Positions 12,254-23,774 of a stretch of 64,000 nt of DNA are shown in pieces; position 1 is the first letter of the stretch; every line of letters begins with the position of its first letter. The translations under genes were made by a program, and so were the position numbers. This DNA comes from Macrostomum hystrix (lineage: Eukaryota; Animalia; Platyhelminthes). The notes beneath the pieces were generated by a model. The model did no database searches and was not told where the DNA came from. It saw nothing but the letters and a program-made list of their open reading frames with translations. The stretch is taken from positions 12,772,001-12,836,000 of the forward strand of contig CATNEN010000007.1 of NCBI GenBank assembly GCA_950097015.1, in the 5' to 3' direction.

Positions 12254-13164
12254 TGAGGCGGCGGAGCCTGGATGCGAAATCTCACGGGACTTCTCCTTGA
12301 ATTGCCCGAAGGAGTTATTTTGGACTTGATTAGAGGGCAATGTCCCGCTTTGTTGTTGTCTGGCCGTGTGTTCCCTAGTGATGGTCATTCGCATACTCTG
12401 TCAGACTGTCTCGGATCCCTATGTATACTCATATCCATAGCTCAGTGTTAGCCCAGTGCCCACTATACTAGAGTGCATCCTGTACTCAGCGCTTTCTCTT
12501 TCGGCTCTGGCGAGCGGCTCGGCGCCAACGCAAACTTTCAGATCAGAATGCCGCCACCGACTGGCCAAGCAGCTCTTGCCAGCCCTGCCGCTCGCTAGAA
12601 ATTCCATAGCTCTAGTTTGCAGTAGGACCTTTGCTTTGTGTAGAATTGCAGCAGCTTTTTATCACTTGGGATTGTTTTTCTAGTAAGATTGAAGCCTCAA
12701 TGCCACCGAGATGCCATGATATTATCCACAATACTCTGACTGTTGTCCACCAGCGGCTTGAATTACCAGTGACCCGCGACTTTGTCGACACCCCTGTAGC
12801 TGTTTGTTGAATATTTTGAATAGAATTTTTTCAGCTCATAGTTTTTTCTCCGTCTGTGTTGTACCGCTTCCCACAATAGACCCGAGTATTTATTGATTTT
12901 TTACAGAAAAGCTGAATAAATTTTTTCGTGTGTTCCGCATGCGACCCCAGCACTTCCAAGACTCGCTCACAGCTTGTGCACCGCTCCCCGACTGACTACT
13001 GCAAGTAGAACTATTCGATAGCAGTTTTTCTAAAATAAACAGCAGTCTTGACTATTTATTTCCGAATCGGCTGTCTCATTGTTTGTCCACAGCATTATCC
13101 GTAACCGAGGACTTCGGCTTGCCTTGCTTCAGCATTGCTTCAGCAATGCTCCCGTTTGCTGAAT

Positions 13165-13600
13165 TGCTCCCAATCCCAATGTGATCCGAATACTCCATCC
13201 CCATTCCCATTCCAATCTAATCCCCATTTCGATCCCAACTCAACCTCACTTCCATCGCCATCCCACCTCATTTTCATCCCAACCCAGTCCCCATTTCCAT
13301 CCGATTTCCATCCCAATCCAGTCCCCATTTTCATCCGAATCCAGTCCCCATTTCGATCCGAATCCAGTCCCCATTTCCATCCCAACCCAGTCCCCAATCG
13401 CATCCCAATCCGGTCCCCATTCCCATCCGAATCCCATCCCAATCCAGTCCCCATTCACATCCGAATCCAGTCCCCATTTCCATCCCAACCCAGTCCCCAT
13501 TCCCATCCCAACCCAGTCCCCATTCCCATCCCAACCCAGTCCCCAACCCAGTCCCCATTCCCATCCCAACCCAGTCCCCAATCGCATCCTAATCCAATCA
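13165..13600. repeat. Degenerate C-rich repeat (CCATCCCAACCCAGTCCCC-like)
   Basis: Recurrent CCCATT/CCCAGTCCCC motifs in low-complexity sequence upstream of TRAPPC2L. Confidence 0.85.
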
Positions 13601-13779
13601 CAATCAATTAAGTAGGAAAAGTAGCCGTTGCATTTGTTATTTCATTCTTTAGAAGTGCATTTGCAGCAACTGAAAATCGCCTTGTCTTTCTGCTTTATTG
13701 TTGCAGAAGATTGGTCCAGCAAGTGGCTGTCGAGCACTGCATTAGCAACAGCACAGCACTCCAGCAGAAGCACTCGCCG

Positions 13780-14220
13780 ATGGCAGTCTGTGTGGCTGTG
13801 GTGGGCCGCGACAACCAGCCGCTCTACCTGCGCACCCTGCCGCACGAGAATGCGCTGCAGTACCACTACTTGGTGCACACCAGCCTGGACATCATCCAGG
13901 AGCGGGTGGCCAGCGCCGCCCAGACCGCCGGCCAGCCCAAGGCCGGCCACAATGACCCCTGGGACCAGTACTTGGGTCTGCTGTACTTCCGCGAGGACTT
14001 CCGCGTCTACGGCTTCGTCACCAACACCCGGGTGAAGCTGGTGCTAGTGGTGGAGGCCGCCAACCCGATGCTGCAGAAGGACGCGGATGTGCGCGCCGTG
14101 TTCAAGCGGCTGCAGGCGGCCTACATCCGGCTGGTCTGCTCCGCCTTCTACACCCCCGGCGAGCCCATTGTGTCACGCCTGTTCAACGATGAAGTGGCCA
14201 ACATTATGAGCCCCGACTGA
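13780..14220 (+). CDS. TRAPPC2L: Trafficking protein particle complex subunit 2-like (sedlin/Tca17 family), 146 aa
   Basis: MAVCVAVVGRDNQPLYLR...YHYLVHTSLDIIQER...YLGLLY..EDFRVYGFVTNTRVKLVLVV...FYTPGEPI matches TRAPPC2L. True ATG is at 13780. Confidence 0.93.
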   Translation: MAVCVAVVGRDNQPLYLRTLPHENALQYHYLVHTSLDIIQERVASAAQTAGQPKAGHNDPWDQYLGLLYFREDFRVYGFVTNTRVKLVLVVEAANPMLQKDADVRAVFKRLQAAYIRLVCSAFYTPGEPIVSRLFNDEVANIMSPD

Positions 14221-14599
14221 TGCGCACTGCCTACTGCCAGTAGCATATTTACCATTAAATATTTTCATAGGCTGCCTGCGAAACCTGAAACACAAGTGTG
14301 AAATCTGACCCGAGTCTGAGCTGCTTTCACAAATAATTTACTGGTCAGTTTTAATATGCTGCCTGCGACTCAATTCAGTGTGATTATGTTAATCCATTTT
14401 ACTCTTGAATGCTATCGTTTATTTGTTTTGATTTGCATGTACTGCTCACAGTAGTATGCTAAAAATATAATTGCTATGATGCTCATTGTAGATATTCTCC
14501 TGCTTGTAACTGACCAGCTACTATAGCTGTTATTTAGACATTAGTGCAAGTATGCGGCTTTGTGTTTTTTCTGCATTATAGACTACTTGTTAAAGCAAC

Positions 14600-15352
14600 T
14601 GCACACTCCATAGAAGCAGCAGAGCACTCCAACAGTAGCAGCAGAGCACTCCAAAAGAAGCAGCAGAGCACTCCACTAGAAGCAGCAGAGCACTCCAGCA
14701 GAAGCAGCAGAGCACTCCAAAAGAAGCAGCAGAGCACTCCACTAGAAGCAGCAGAGCACTCCAGCAGAAGCAGCAGAGCACTCCAACAGAAGCAGCAGAG
14801 CACTCCAAAAGAAGCAGCAGAGCACTCCAGCAGAAGCAGCAGACCACTCCAACAGAAGCAGCAGAGCACTCCAGCAGAAGCAGCAGACCACTCCAACAGA
14901 AGCAGCAGACCACTCCAACAGAAGCAGCAGAGCACTCCAACAGAAGCAGCAGACCACTCCAGCAGAAGCAGCAGACCACTCCAACAGAAGCAGCAGACCA
15001 CTCCAAAAGAAGCAGCAGAGCACTCCAGCAGAAGCAGCAGACCACTCCAACAGAAGCAGCAGACCACTCCAGCAGAAGCAGCAGAGCACTCCAGCAGAAG
15101 CAGCAGAGCACTCCAAAAGAAGCAGCAGAGCACTCCAGCAGAAGCAGCAGACCACTCCAACAGAAGCAGCAGAGCACTCCAGCAGAAGCAGCAGACCACT
15201 CCAGCAGAAGCAGCAGAGCACTCCAGCAGAAGCAGCAGAGCACTCCAGCAGAAGCAGCAGAGCACTCCAGCAGAAACAGCAGACCACTCCAAAAGAAGCA
15301 GCAGAGCACTCCAACAGAAGCAGCAGAGCACTCCAGCAGAAGCAGCAGAGCA
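14600..15352. repeat. 22-bp minisatellite (AGCAGCAGAGCACTCCAGCAGA)
   Basis: About 33 tandem units. Confidence 0.95.
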
Positions 15353-16500
15353 CAGTACAGAACTGAGTTATGAGCTACAACTAAAGAAAGCCTGTGTATG
15401 AGTCAACGGTTATACAATGAGCTGTTCGGACTGTTTGGAAAGACTTCATTTGCAAAACAGCGCTCTGCACTTTTTATATAAAGGTGCGCGTTTGCTCATT
15501 CGGAAACCATGACACAATAAGCTAGACAGATTCGGCTGCTAAACTGAACTTCCATTTCTGCGGCACGAAAATATTTTTGAAATAGCTACTGTACGGCCTA
15601 CTAGCAAGTCTCTTTTAAAGGCCCGTACTTGTCAGAATCAGTTTGAACTACATGATGTGTACAGTTTGTACACTTGTTTATAGGTACTTATTCCAGTCGT
15701 ATAAGCTTATTGTGCATCTGCCTCTACAGAAAAAGCCATCTTTGCTGAGTTGACGAAAACTGAACTTCAAACTGAGAGCTTCTCTCTGTATGTGCTGCAT
15801 ACTAGAAAGAACACTAGGAAACTGAACCTCACTTTCCTCCTTCACAAGGCACGCCAGGAAACGAAAGCAAAGCTATTTTCAGTCTTGCGAAACGGAGAGA
15901 TTAAAAAACATTGAGTTTTTATGATTGCGTTATTTTTTGTTGCGTATCTTTAAAGTAAAAGTTTTAAAAGTTTAAATTGGTTCGATTGGAGTAACAGGTT
16001 TTTAAAGAGCTTATTAAATATAAAAAGGCAAAGCCTAAGTTCAAGAAATCAGAGATGGAAAAATTTAGTTAGCTACTTAATTTAGCTCGGCAAGAAATAA
16101 TTACAAAATATAAGCTGGAAGAAATCAGAGATTGGCTAAGTGACCAGCGCACAATGGGTTAATAAACTAAGGCTAATTAATCACGCTACTGCTTTCATGA
16201 TGCACAGATTCAGTAATGTACTGACACACGAGGTGCAGTTATACTGTACTTAATTTTGGTGAGGCTTTATAATAATATGCTCAAGCTAAGTAAGCTCACA
16301 AAATATTCAAATCAACTTGTTTTGCCTTTGATGGTTAAATTAGCCAGATGATTCCAATTTCAAGTTCCTATCTGTGCTACACAATGCGCAGTCTCAAAAC
16401 TGCATTAGAAAAACTTTTATCCATACAATATATTATATCGCTAAAGCAAAATTGTTAGTCACATCTAAAATTAATCAAATAACGTCGAAGCGGTCGTCCA

Positions 16501-18983
16501 TCACGATTTTGGCTTGTTCAGCAGCGAAGTGAGGTACAGGTTCAAAGCCAGGTCGCTGCCTGCCAGATTGGCGTTGAAACTGCGCTTGCACCTTGGACAC
16601 GTAGCCTCGACGGTGTGCCCCGTGTACTCCGACACGGGGGACTCCATCTGACACATCGGGCATTGGTACCTGCTTGTCTGCAGTCCCTTCAAGGAGCTGA
16701 ACAGCTTCTCGGCGACTCTCGGTCCGTTCTCTTTGAAGGCTTTCTTCTCAGCCTCTGACAGACGGTCCCAGGAGACGTCTATAAACTTAAGGCCGAGCAC
16801 GTCGGCGCTCTGCACTCTAAAAAAGCCTCCGTCACCCCACTTGGAGCCTTTTGGCTCGAGTGAAAACGCAGCTTCTGTGGCCACTTCACCCAGCGGCGGC
16901 CAGGAGTTCAAGAGTCTCAGGCTGTGCCTGTCGAAGCTGACCAGCACAACCGCGTGCCCGAACGTCTCGGCATCCTTGGCTCTTCGGCTGATGTCCAGCA
17001 CTGACTTGGTGAGAGTTCCAGTGGGGCTCTGCTTGAAAAACTGCCTGAACTTCTCCCACTCTGGCCTGGTGAGACGGAAGGTCGCCACGACTGGCCGCTT
17101 GGCAATGATGGCCTCCAGCGCAGCTCTCTCATCAACTTCCTGGCTCTTCAGCCGGTACTCCGGGCACACCTGCTTCAGCACCTCAGCTGTCCTGGCTCGG
17201 TTCTCGCCGAACTTTTCGACGATTTTGTTCCGGACTTCTTTGAAGTCCGGGTACCCGCCGTCTCGACCCACGATTCTGTGCATGCTCAGATGAATGACTG
17301 TCGCCGACGCGACCGCATAGCAGGTGAGCTTTGACTGGCGCTGAGGCTCGAAGCCCTCGTTGGCCCTGTTGATGTACAGGTCGAGGTCCACCTCAGACAG
17401 CACATCCGACAGCGCGTCTTGGGAGCACACGCAGCTCTTGGCGATGTCACAGACCTCATCGATCAGGTCGGGGTGGTTGATCTGAAAGAACAGTCTGGTC
17501 TCATTTTTCTCAGTGTCGATGATCCAACCCTTTCTGATGAACAGGGTGCGCGGTATCTTCTGGGTGGAAATCGCGGAGCTTATGTCAAACATAAACTTTT
17601 CCGGCTCTCTCCAATTTCTGTCGAATTTCCCGTAGAGTCGCCGGGGATCATCGATGTGTTGGTCAGTGATGAAGCAGGATACGACCGTCACGCCCAGCTC
17701 TTGGAGTGTTTTAAATAAGCCCTCCTTTCGGCTCGTATCGTCTGACGGCTCCCCATCAGACAAAATGAAAAGCAGCTTGAACAAAGGCTTGTATTCGGCT
17801 TCGCTAAGAATATTTACCGATGTTTGCACGGCCTGCATCAGAGGAGTGTCGCCGTAGATGTTCGGTTCGATGATGTCGATGAGCTCTGTGACTCTCTCGT
17901 CTGTCAGCTCGGTCTGCTCATTGCAGGAATGCAGGATTTTGTGGGCTTGTTGAGAAGAAAAAACCGACTGAGGTGTCAGCGGGACTAAGCTGAGTGTTTT
18001 CAGCTTTGCTTCGATTAAGGACTTTGATTTTTGAATAACCTCCCTGACCGCCCCCAATGTAAAAATTGATACAACGACCGTACCAAGTCCCATCGTGATC
18101 GCCATAGTCTTTGTCACTGTTGGGATGGCAGCTTTGATTTCGCTATTATCGCAAAACTTTCTGCATTCCTCGGGTAAAAAGTCTGACACTACTCTATTTT
18201 TAACTTCATCGTCCGTTTGCAGAGCATCCAAAATGATGCACGCAGTGCGATCATCCACTTCTTTGCAAATTGCATCGGCATTGGTCCACTTCCGAACTCT
18301 TGGCGCTCCGCTGCTCTCCAGAATTGAAAGAACATTGTCAATATTATTCCGCTTTGATCTGCCCTCCAGTCTTTTGATCCTGTCTTCGAATTCCTGCTTC
18401 TTTCGTCTAGTTTCTTGCAGAGAGGCAAGGACGTCGAAAACCTCTGGATGCTGTCTGGCACCCACACCAGCTATGAACACCAGGTTGGTGGGTGACACAT
18501 CGTTCTTGACCAGCTGGTCAGCGACGCGAAAAATCGACCGGACCCACTGGTTCTTAGCTGCGAAGCTGGCTGCCGCCGTTGCTTGCTGACGGCCAAAGCT
18601 GCGCTCCATGGAGCGAGACACGTCCAGCAGAGCTCCGCTGTGTACCGACCTCACGTGGCGCTCCTGTTGACGCAGTAAGAGATGGCACTCTAATTGTCAT
18701 GCTATCAGACATCAGAAGCGTGCGCTACACTGCCAGCAAAACATATTCCAATGGTAATCAATCGTTTTTTAAGTGTCGAATGCATTACCAAAGTCAGATC
18801 CAAAACGAACTGCAACTAATAATGTTGCCTACCACAATAACTTAATGCGAATGCAAATGGAAGCCCAGGACGTACTATCTATCCTTAAACTGGAAAGTCT
18901 TAGATAAAGTAGATTGTTAGAACTGCCGATTAGATTGCCTTCTCAAAAATATATATATATATTATTTTTTCTTTGCTTACCAT
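16501..18983 (-). CDS. vWA-domain + papain-family (C1A-like) cysteine peptidase + C-terminal Zn-ribbon protein. Predicted coding exons 18983-18981 (ATG) and 18663-16501, about 721 aa
   Basis: MIDAS elements LLDVSRS, YGDTPL and LFILSDGEP; papain-like Q..TCYA (Cys), GHAVVLV (His), LLNSW...WGDGGFFRV (Asn); CPMC..CPRC. The long ORF has no ATG ahead of the MIDAS motif, but ATG|GTAAGC at 18983 splices in phase 0 to TCAACAG|GAG at 18663. Confidence 0.82.
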
Positions 18984-19889
18984 TGCTGAGATTCAGAGCA
19001 GGGCCTTGATGCACTTGGTTCAATGGTAGACCTCGAATATCTAATTTAATTCAAAATACTCGGTCACGAAAAATATAGCTTTGCTCAATTTTGTTTTTAA
19101 AAGACGATTCCCTAAAGGGCATGTAGCGCCACAAGAAAATATTTATGCTCTGTTCAAGTGTATTTATAGGAAATGCCCGGTCAGAGGAAAATCCACGGAA
19201 ATTCCGCAGCTGCAGTTTTCTGCTTTAGGAAATGCAAAACATTCTTGCAGCTAGGTACTTACTTTGAACCTGCTGCTAATTTTAAATTTCTGTGCTTTTA
19301 TTTCCTGCGATCATAGTTTACTTACAGCGACTGGTGATTTAGCTTGTTTCACTAACAGTAAAAGACAACGCTATTTTCGTATTTTCAGACAACGGTTATT
19401 GTCGAAGACCGTGGTGAACATAGCAACTAAAATTGCTGTGTATAAGCTTAAATGGCGAATCCATATTGTCCAATTGTTTTTCATAATGTTCTTCAAAATG
19501 AAAAAGTAACTATTTATTCAATCGAAAATAGTTTACTGCATTTTCACGGTGATCAGTTGAATATTTTCGGAGATACAAAAAAAAAGGAATGTGGGTATTT
19601 GAAATACCCCGTGATCTTTCTACTGTTAACCACTTTTAGGTGACTTTTAGGTGATTGCTGACATCTGGTGGACCACTGCCTCTAGCTGGCTCAGCCGTGG
19701 CTTCAGAAGACGAAGAATGGGAGCGCCGAGGAGCCTCATACTCAGCGCGTGATGCTTTTACTTAACGAACGACTTCAGCACCAGCCTCCAGCGACACTGA
19801 GGCAGCTAGCATTCCTTCGTGGAGACAAATAAAAAGCTGCCACGGAGGGCGCCTGCACGTTAGCTAATTCCCTTTGGGAGCCATTTTCT

Positions 19890-20738
19890 TATGAGAGCCG
19901 ATTCCTATGAGAGCCGATTCCTATGAGGGCCGATTCCTATGAGACCCGATTCCTATGAGAGCCGATTCCTATGAGAGCCGATTCCTATGAGAGCCGATTC
20001 CTATGAGAGCCGATTCCTATGAGGGCCGATTCCTATGAGACCCGATTCCTATGAGAGCCGATTCCTATGAGAGCCGATTCCTATGAGAGCCGATTCCTAT
20101 GAGACCCGATTCCTATGAGAGCCGATTCCTATGAGAGCCGATTCCTATGAGGGCCGATTCCTATGAGAGCCGATTCCTATGAGAGCCGATTCCTATGAGA
20201 GCCGATTCCTATGAGAGCCGATTCCTATGTGAGCCGATTCCTATGAGAGCCGATTCCTATGAGAGCCGATTCCTATGAGAGCCGATTCCTATGAGAGCCG
20301 ATTCCTATGAGAGCCGATTCCTATGAGAGCCGATTCCTATGAGAGCCGATTCCTATGAGAGCCGATTCCTATGAGAGCCGATTCCTATGAGAGCCGATTC
20401 CTATGAGAGCCGATTCCTATGAGAGCCGAATCTTATGAGAGCCGATTCCTATGAGAGCCGATTCCTATGAGAGCCGAATCTTATGAGACCCGATTCCTAT
20501 GAGAGCCGATTCCTATGAGAGCCGATTCCTATGAGAGCCGATTCCTATGAGAGCCGATTCCTATGAGAGCCGATTCCTATGAGAGCCGATTCCTATGAGA
20601 GCCGATTCCTATGAGAGCCGATTCCTATGAGAGCCGATTCCTATGAGAGCCGATTCCTATGAGAGCCGATTCCTATGAGAGCCGATTCCTATGAGAGCCG
20701 AATCTTATGAGAGCCGATTCCTATGAGAGCCGATTCCT
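19890..20738. repeat. 16-bp minisatellite (ATGAGAGCCGATTCCT)
   Basis: About 53 tandem units. Confidence 0.96.
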
Positions 20739-20740
20739 AA

Positions 20741-21235
20741 AGCGTGGGCTTGAGCGTGGGCTTGAGCGTGGGCTTGAGCGTGGGCTTGAGCGTGGGCTTG
20801 AGCGTGGGCTTGAGCGTGGGCTTGAGCGTGGGCTTGAGCGTGGGCTTGAGCGTTGGCTTGAGCGTGGGCTTGAGCGTGGGCTTGAGCGTGAGCCCATTCC
20901 TAAAGCGTGGGCTTGAGCGTGAGCTTGAGCGTGAGCTTGAGCGTGGGCTTGAGCGTGGGCTTGAGCGTGGGCTTGAGCGTGGGCTTGAGCGTGGGCTTGA
21001 GCGTGGGCTTGAGCGTGGGCTTGAGCGTGGGCTTGAGCGTGGGCTTGAGCGTGGGCTTGAGCGTGGGCTTGAGCGTGGGCTTGAGCGTGGGCTTGAGCGT
21101 GGGCTTGAGCGTGGGCTTGAGCGTGGGCTTGAGCGTGGGCTTGAGCGTGGGCTTGAGCGTGGGCTTGAGCGTGGGCTTGAGCGTGGGCTTGAGCGTGGGC
21201 TTGAGCGTGAGCCCATTCCTAAAGCGTGGGCTTGA
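20741..21235. repeat. 12-bp minisatellite (GCGTGGGCTTGA) in two blocks, each ending in GAGCCCATTCCTAAA
   Basis: Direct tandem periodicity; directly abuts the 16-bp array. Confidence 0.96.
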
Positions 21236-21720
21236 GGCGTTCCTTCGTGACTAGTCCTATTTTCTTCTGTTTTATTCTTATCCCCATATTCCTGTGTTAG
21301 GGCTGTGAGGTCCGTTTGACTTCGTACATTTTTCAAACTCTTACGCTCGTATATGAAAATTCCCAGAAACACAAATTCTCTTGTGCTTTTAGTCACAATT
21401 TTTTCTCATATTTTTTTGCTTTTGCACTTTCATGTCCCAAGCGATGGAGCTTCTCCGCAGATTTCGTCAGGAGTAAAAATAGAAGACCCTGTAACCCAGC
21501 TAGCCGAGTAAAGGGCAAAAGCGGTGGCCGGCAACTCAGGCCAGGCTCTAAACTGAACTTCCATCTTGACCGTACAAATGCACTTGCGAACTCCGGCGGG
21601 GGGGTCGAGAAATGGAAAAGAAGCAAATAAGGGTGAATATTATTTTCTTCACTCGCAATAAAAAAGTTTTTTGTTTTGAATTGCCTTCCAGCGAAATGCA
21701 AGCGCTGCTGTCATATTTGA

Positions 21721-22002
21721 GCACGATCAAATTGGTCCCACGTCACTGTCAAGTCCATATTTACTGATGGGGGCGAAGAAGCTGCGAAGACTTTCGTAGA
21801 AACTTTGACAATCTATCTGATTGAGAGGATGAAGACTAACGTAACAAAGGAGGCAGTCGAGTCGCAGGCCGCACAACTGGCTTTTCAAACCGCAGAGCCT
21901 TTTATGAAGGAGGCCAGCAAAAAAGTGGCCACTGCCCAGACACTGGATTTCACTTTCCGTGTCTTCACAAACATCTTAAAGCAGCTCTTAAAGCAGAAGT
22001 AA
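21721..22002 (+). other. Possible terminal coding exon or pseudogene fragment of an unknown helical protein
   Basis: Stop-free frame of about 93 codons (…SIFTDGGEEAAKTFVETLTIYLIERMK…FTNILKQLLKQK*) with protein-like composition, followed by AATAAA near 22074. No recognisable family. Confidence 0.3.
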
Positions 22003-22749
22003 CTAGAAATGCGAGCTGGTGTATGCGCTTCTTTTGTAGAAGGCTGTCCTTTTTTCGCTTCTTGAAGCTTATTAATAAATCAGTTTCAACACTATAACTG
22101 GATATATGACTATAAGATATTAGTAATAATAGTAATTACGAGTAAGGAATAGTAGAAGATTAGAAGTAATTAGTTGTTAGTAATTAGTAATGATTCAAAT
22201 GAGTTATATTTACTAATAGTAATTAGTAGAACAGTTAGACATTTTCATGCGCGTCTCCTGTGTTAAAACTCGTAGAATGCTAATAATATACTCATAAATG
22301 TGTACCTGATTGACAACTGCTCACAATATGACGAGCAGAAGCGCGAAGATTTCTCAAATACAAGGCAAAATACTAGAAGCTTGATCTCAGCTTCCCACTG
22401 CATCACGATACTTAAAGGCTAAATGATTTGAGTTCGCTTTCCATGTATTTTGCTGTATAATACTAATTATAATAATTCCGGTAGGTCGGTAACAGACGTA
22501 AAGTTGGAGTTAAAGTTAGACAGGACAAATAATTTTTGACTGACTTGACTTAACTGCATGGTCCATGGACACTGCAGGGAGGCGATGGTTGCTCATTCCG
22601 CCAACCCCTGTGGGCTGCAGACAGGCAATGGCCCGAGGCCGGTCAGGGTGGTCCGCCGGTCCATCATGCAGCGCTATCTTCTGCAAGGAACGAGACACGT
22701 GAGGTGGCAACCTATGAAGATATGGTGCCTATGAGAATCCAAAACAAAT

Positions 22750-22975
22750 TATGATTCCATATGAGATTCCCTAGAAAAATATGATTCCATATGAGATTCC
22801 ATATAAGGATAATATGATTCCCTATGAGATTCCCTATGAAAAATATGATTCCTTATGAGATTCCCTAGAAAAATATGATTCCCTATGAGATTCCCTAAAA
22901 AAATATGATTCCTTATGAGATTCCCTATGAAAATATGGTTCCATATGAGATTTCATATGAGAAAAAAATGATTCC
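22750..22975. repeat. Degenerate ~30-bp repeat (AAAATATGATTCCCTATGAGATTCCCT)
   Basis: About 7 imperfect units; core resembles the GATTCCTATGAGA of the 16-bp array. Confidence 0.75.
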
Positions 22976-23774
22976 CTTGTATTTGCTTGATGCTGATTGT
23001 TGACGCCAGTTTTTGTCACCGCAGCTGCTTTCAAGTCGCTCCAGTTTATTTTGGAAGGTTTTGCAGTCACGCAAAGGCGTGAGGGTCGCATGCACAATTG
23101 ATGCATTGGCATAGCAAAAGTATTTAGCAATCGCACTGCAACTGAGCACAGTTTAGTGAATTTTGAGCAGCCTGAACGCAAAGCTGAATTATTTATAATC
23201 TCATCAGATGCTCAAGGCTAGAAATGAAAAACTTCAGTGCTTTAATCAGCTATGAAATGCAAGCCCAGCTTACAGGCCACAAACCAAGCCGTGCCTCATG
23301 CGCCATGTCTTCGGCTGAGCAGACTGTTGAGAAGCGAGGCAAAGCCGGCACACCTGGGAATTCCGCAAGCGAAGGTTTGTGCAGCATTTTCTACTAGTCT
23401 GTGCTAATTGCCCTGCGAATTTGAGTAGCAAATGTTAATAAAAATAGAAGCGCAGGAATCTCAAACCCAACCCCCTAAACACATGCGTGAGTGAGAGCTA
23501 CTGTGAGAGCTACTGTATTCGAATACCTTGCAACAGCCCACCTGAGCAGACACAATTCAAACATGCGCTGCAGTGGGCCGCCCGACACCCGCCGCAGGGA
23601 AGCCTCACAAATTGCGGCGGCCAGTGGGTCGAGCCCAGCTGGAAGCAGCTGTCTGCTCACTCAATGAGCTCAGAGGCTGCTGAGCACACATTTGCTGATT
23701 GCTTATTAAAGAAAGTGAAAGTGTTTTGCCGGGTAGCGGCTGAGCTTCTGCTCTCCCTGACACTCAAGGCGCAG

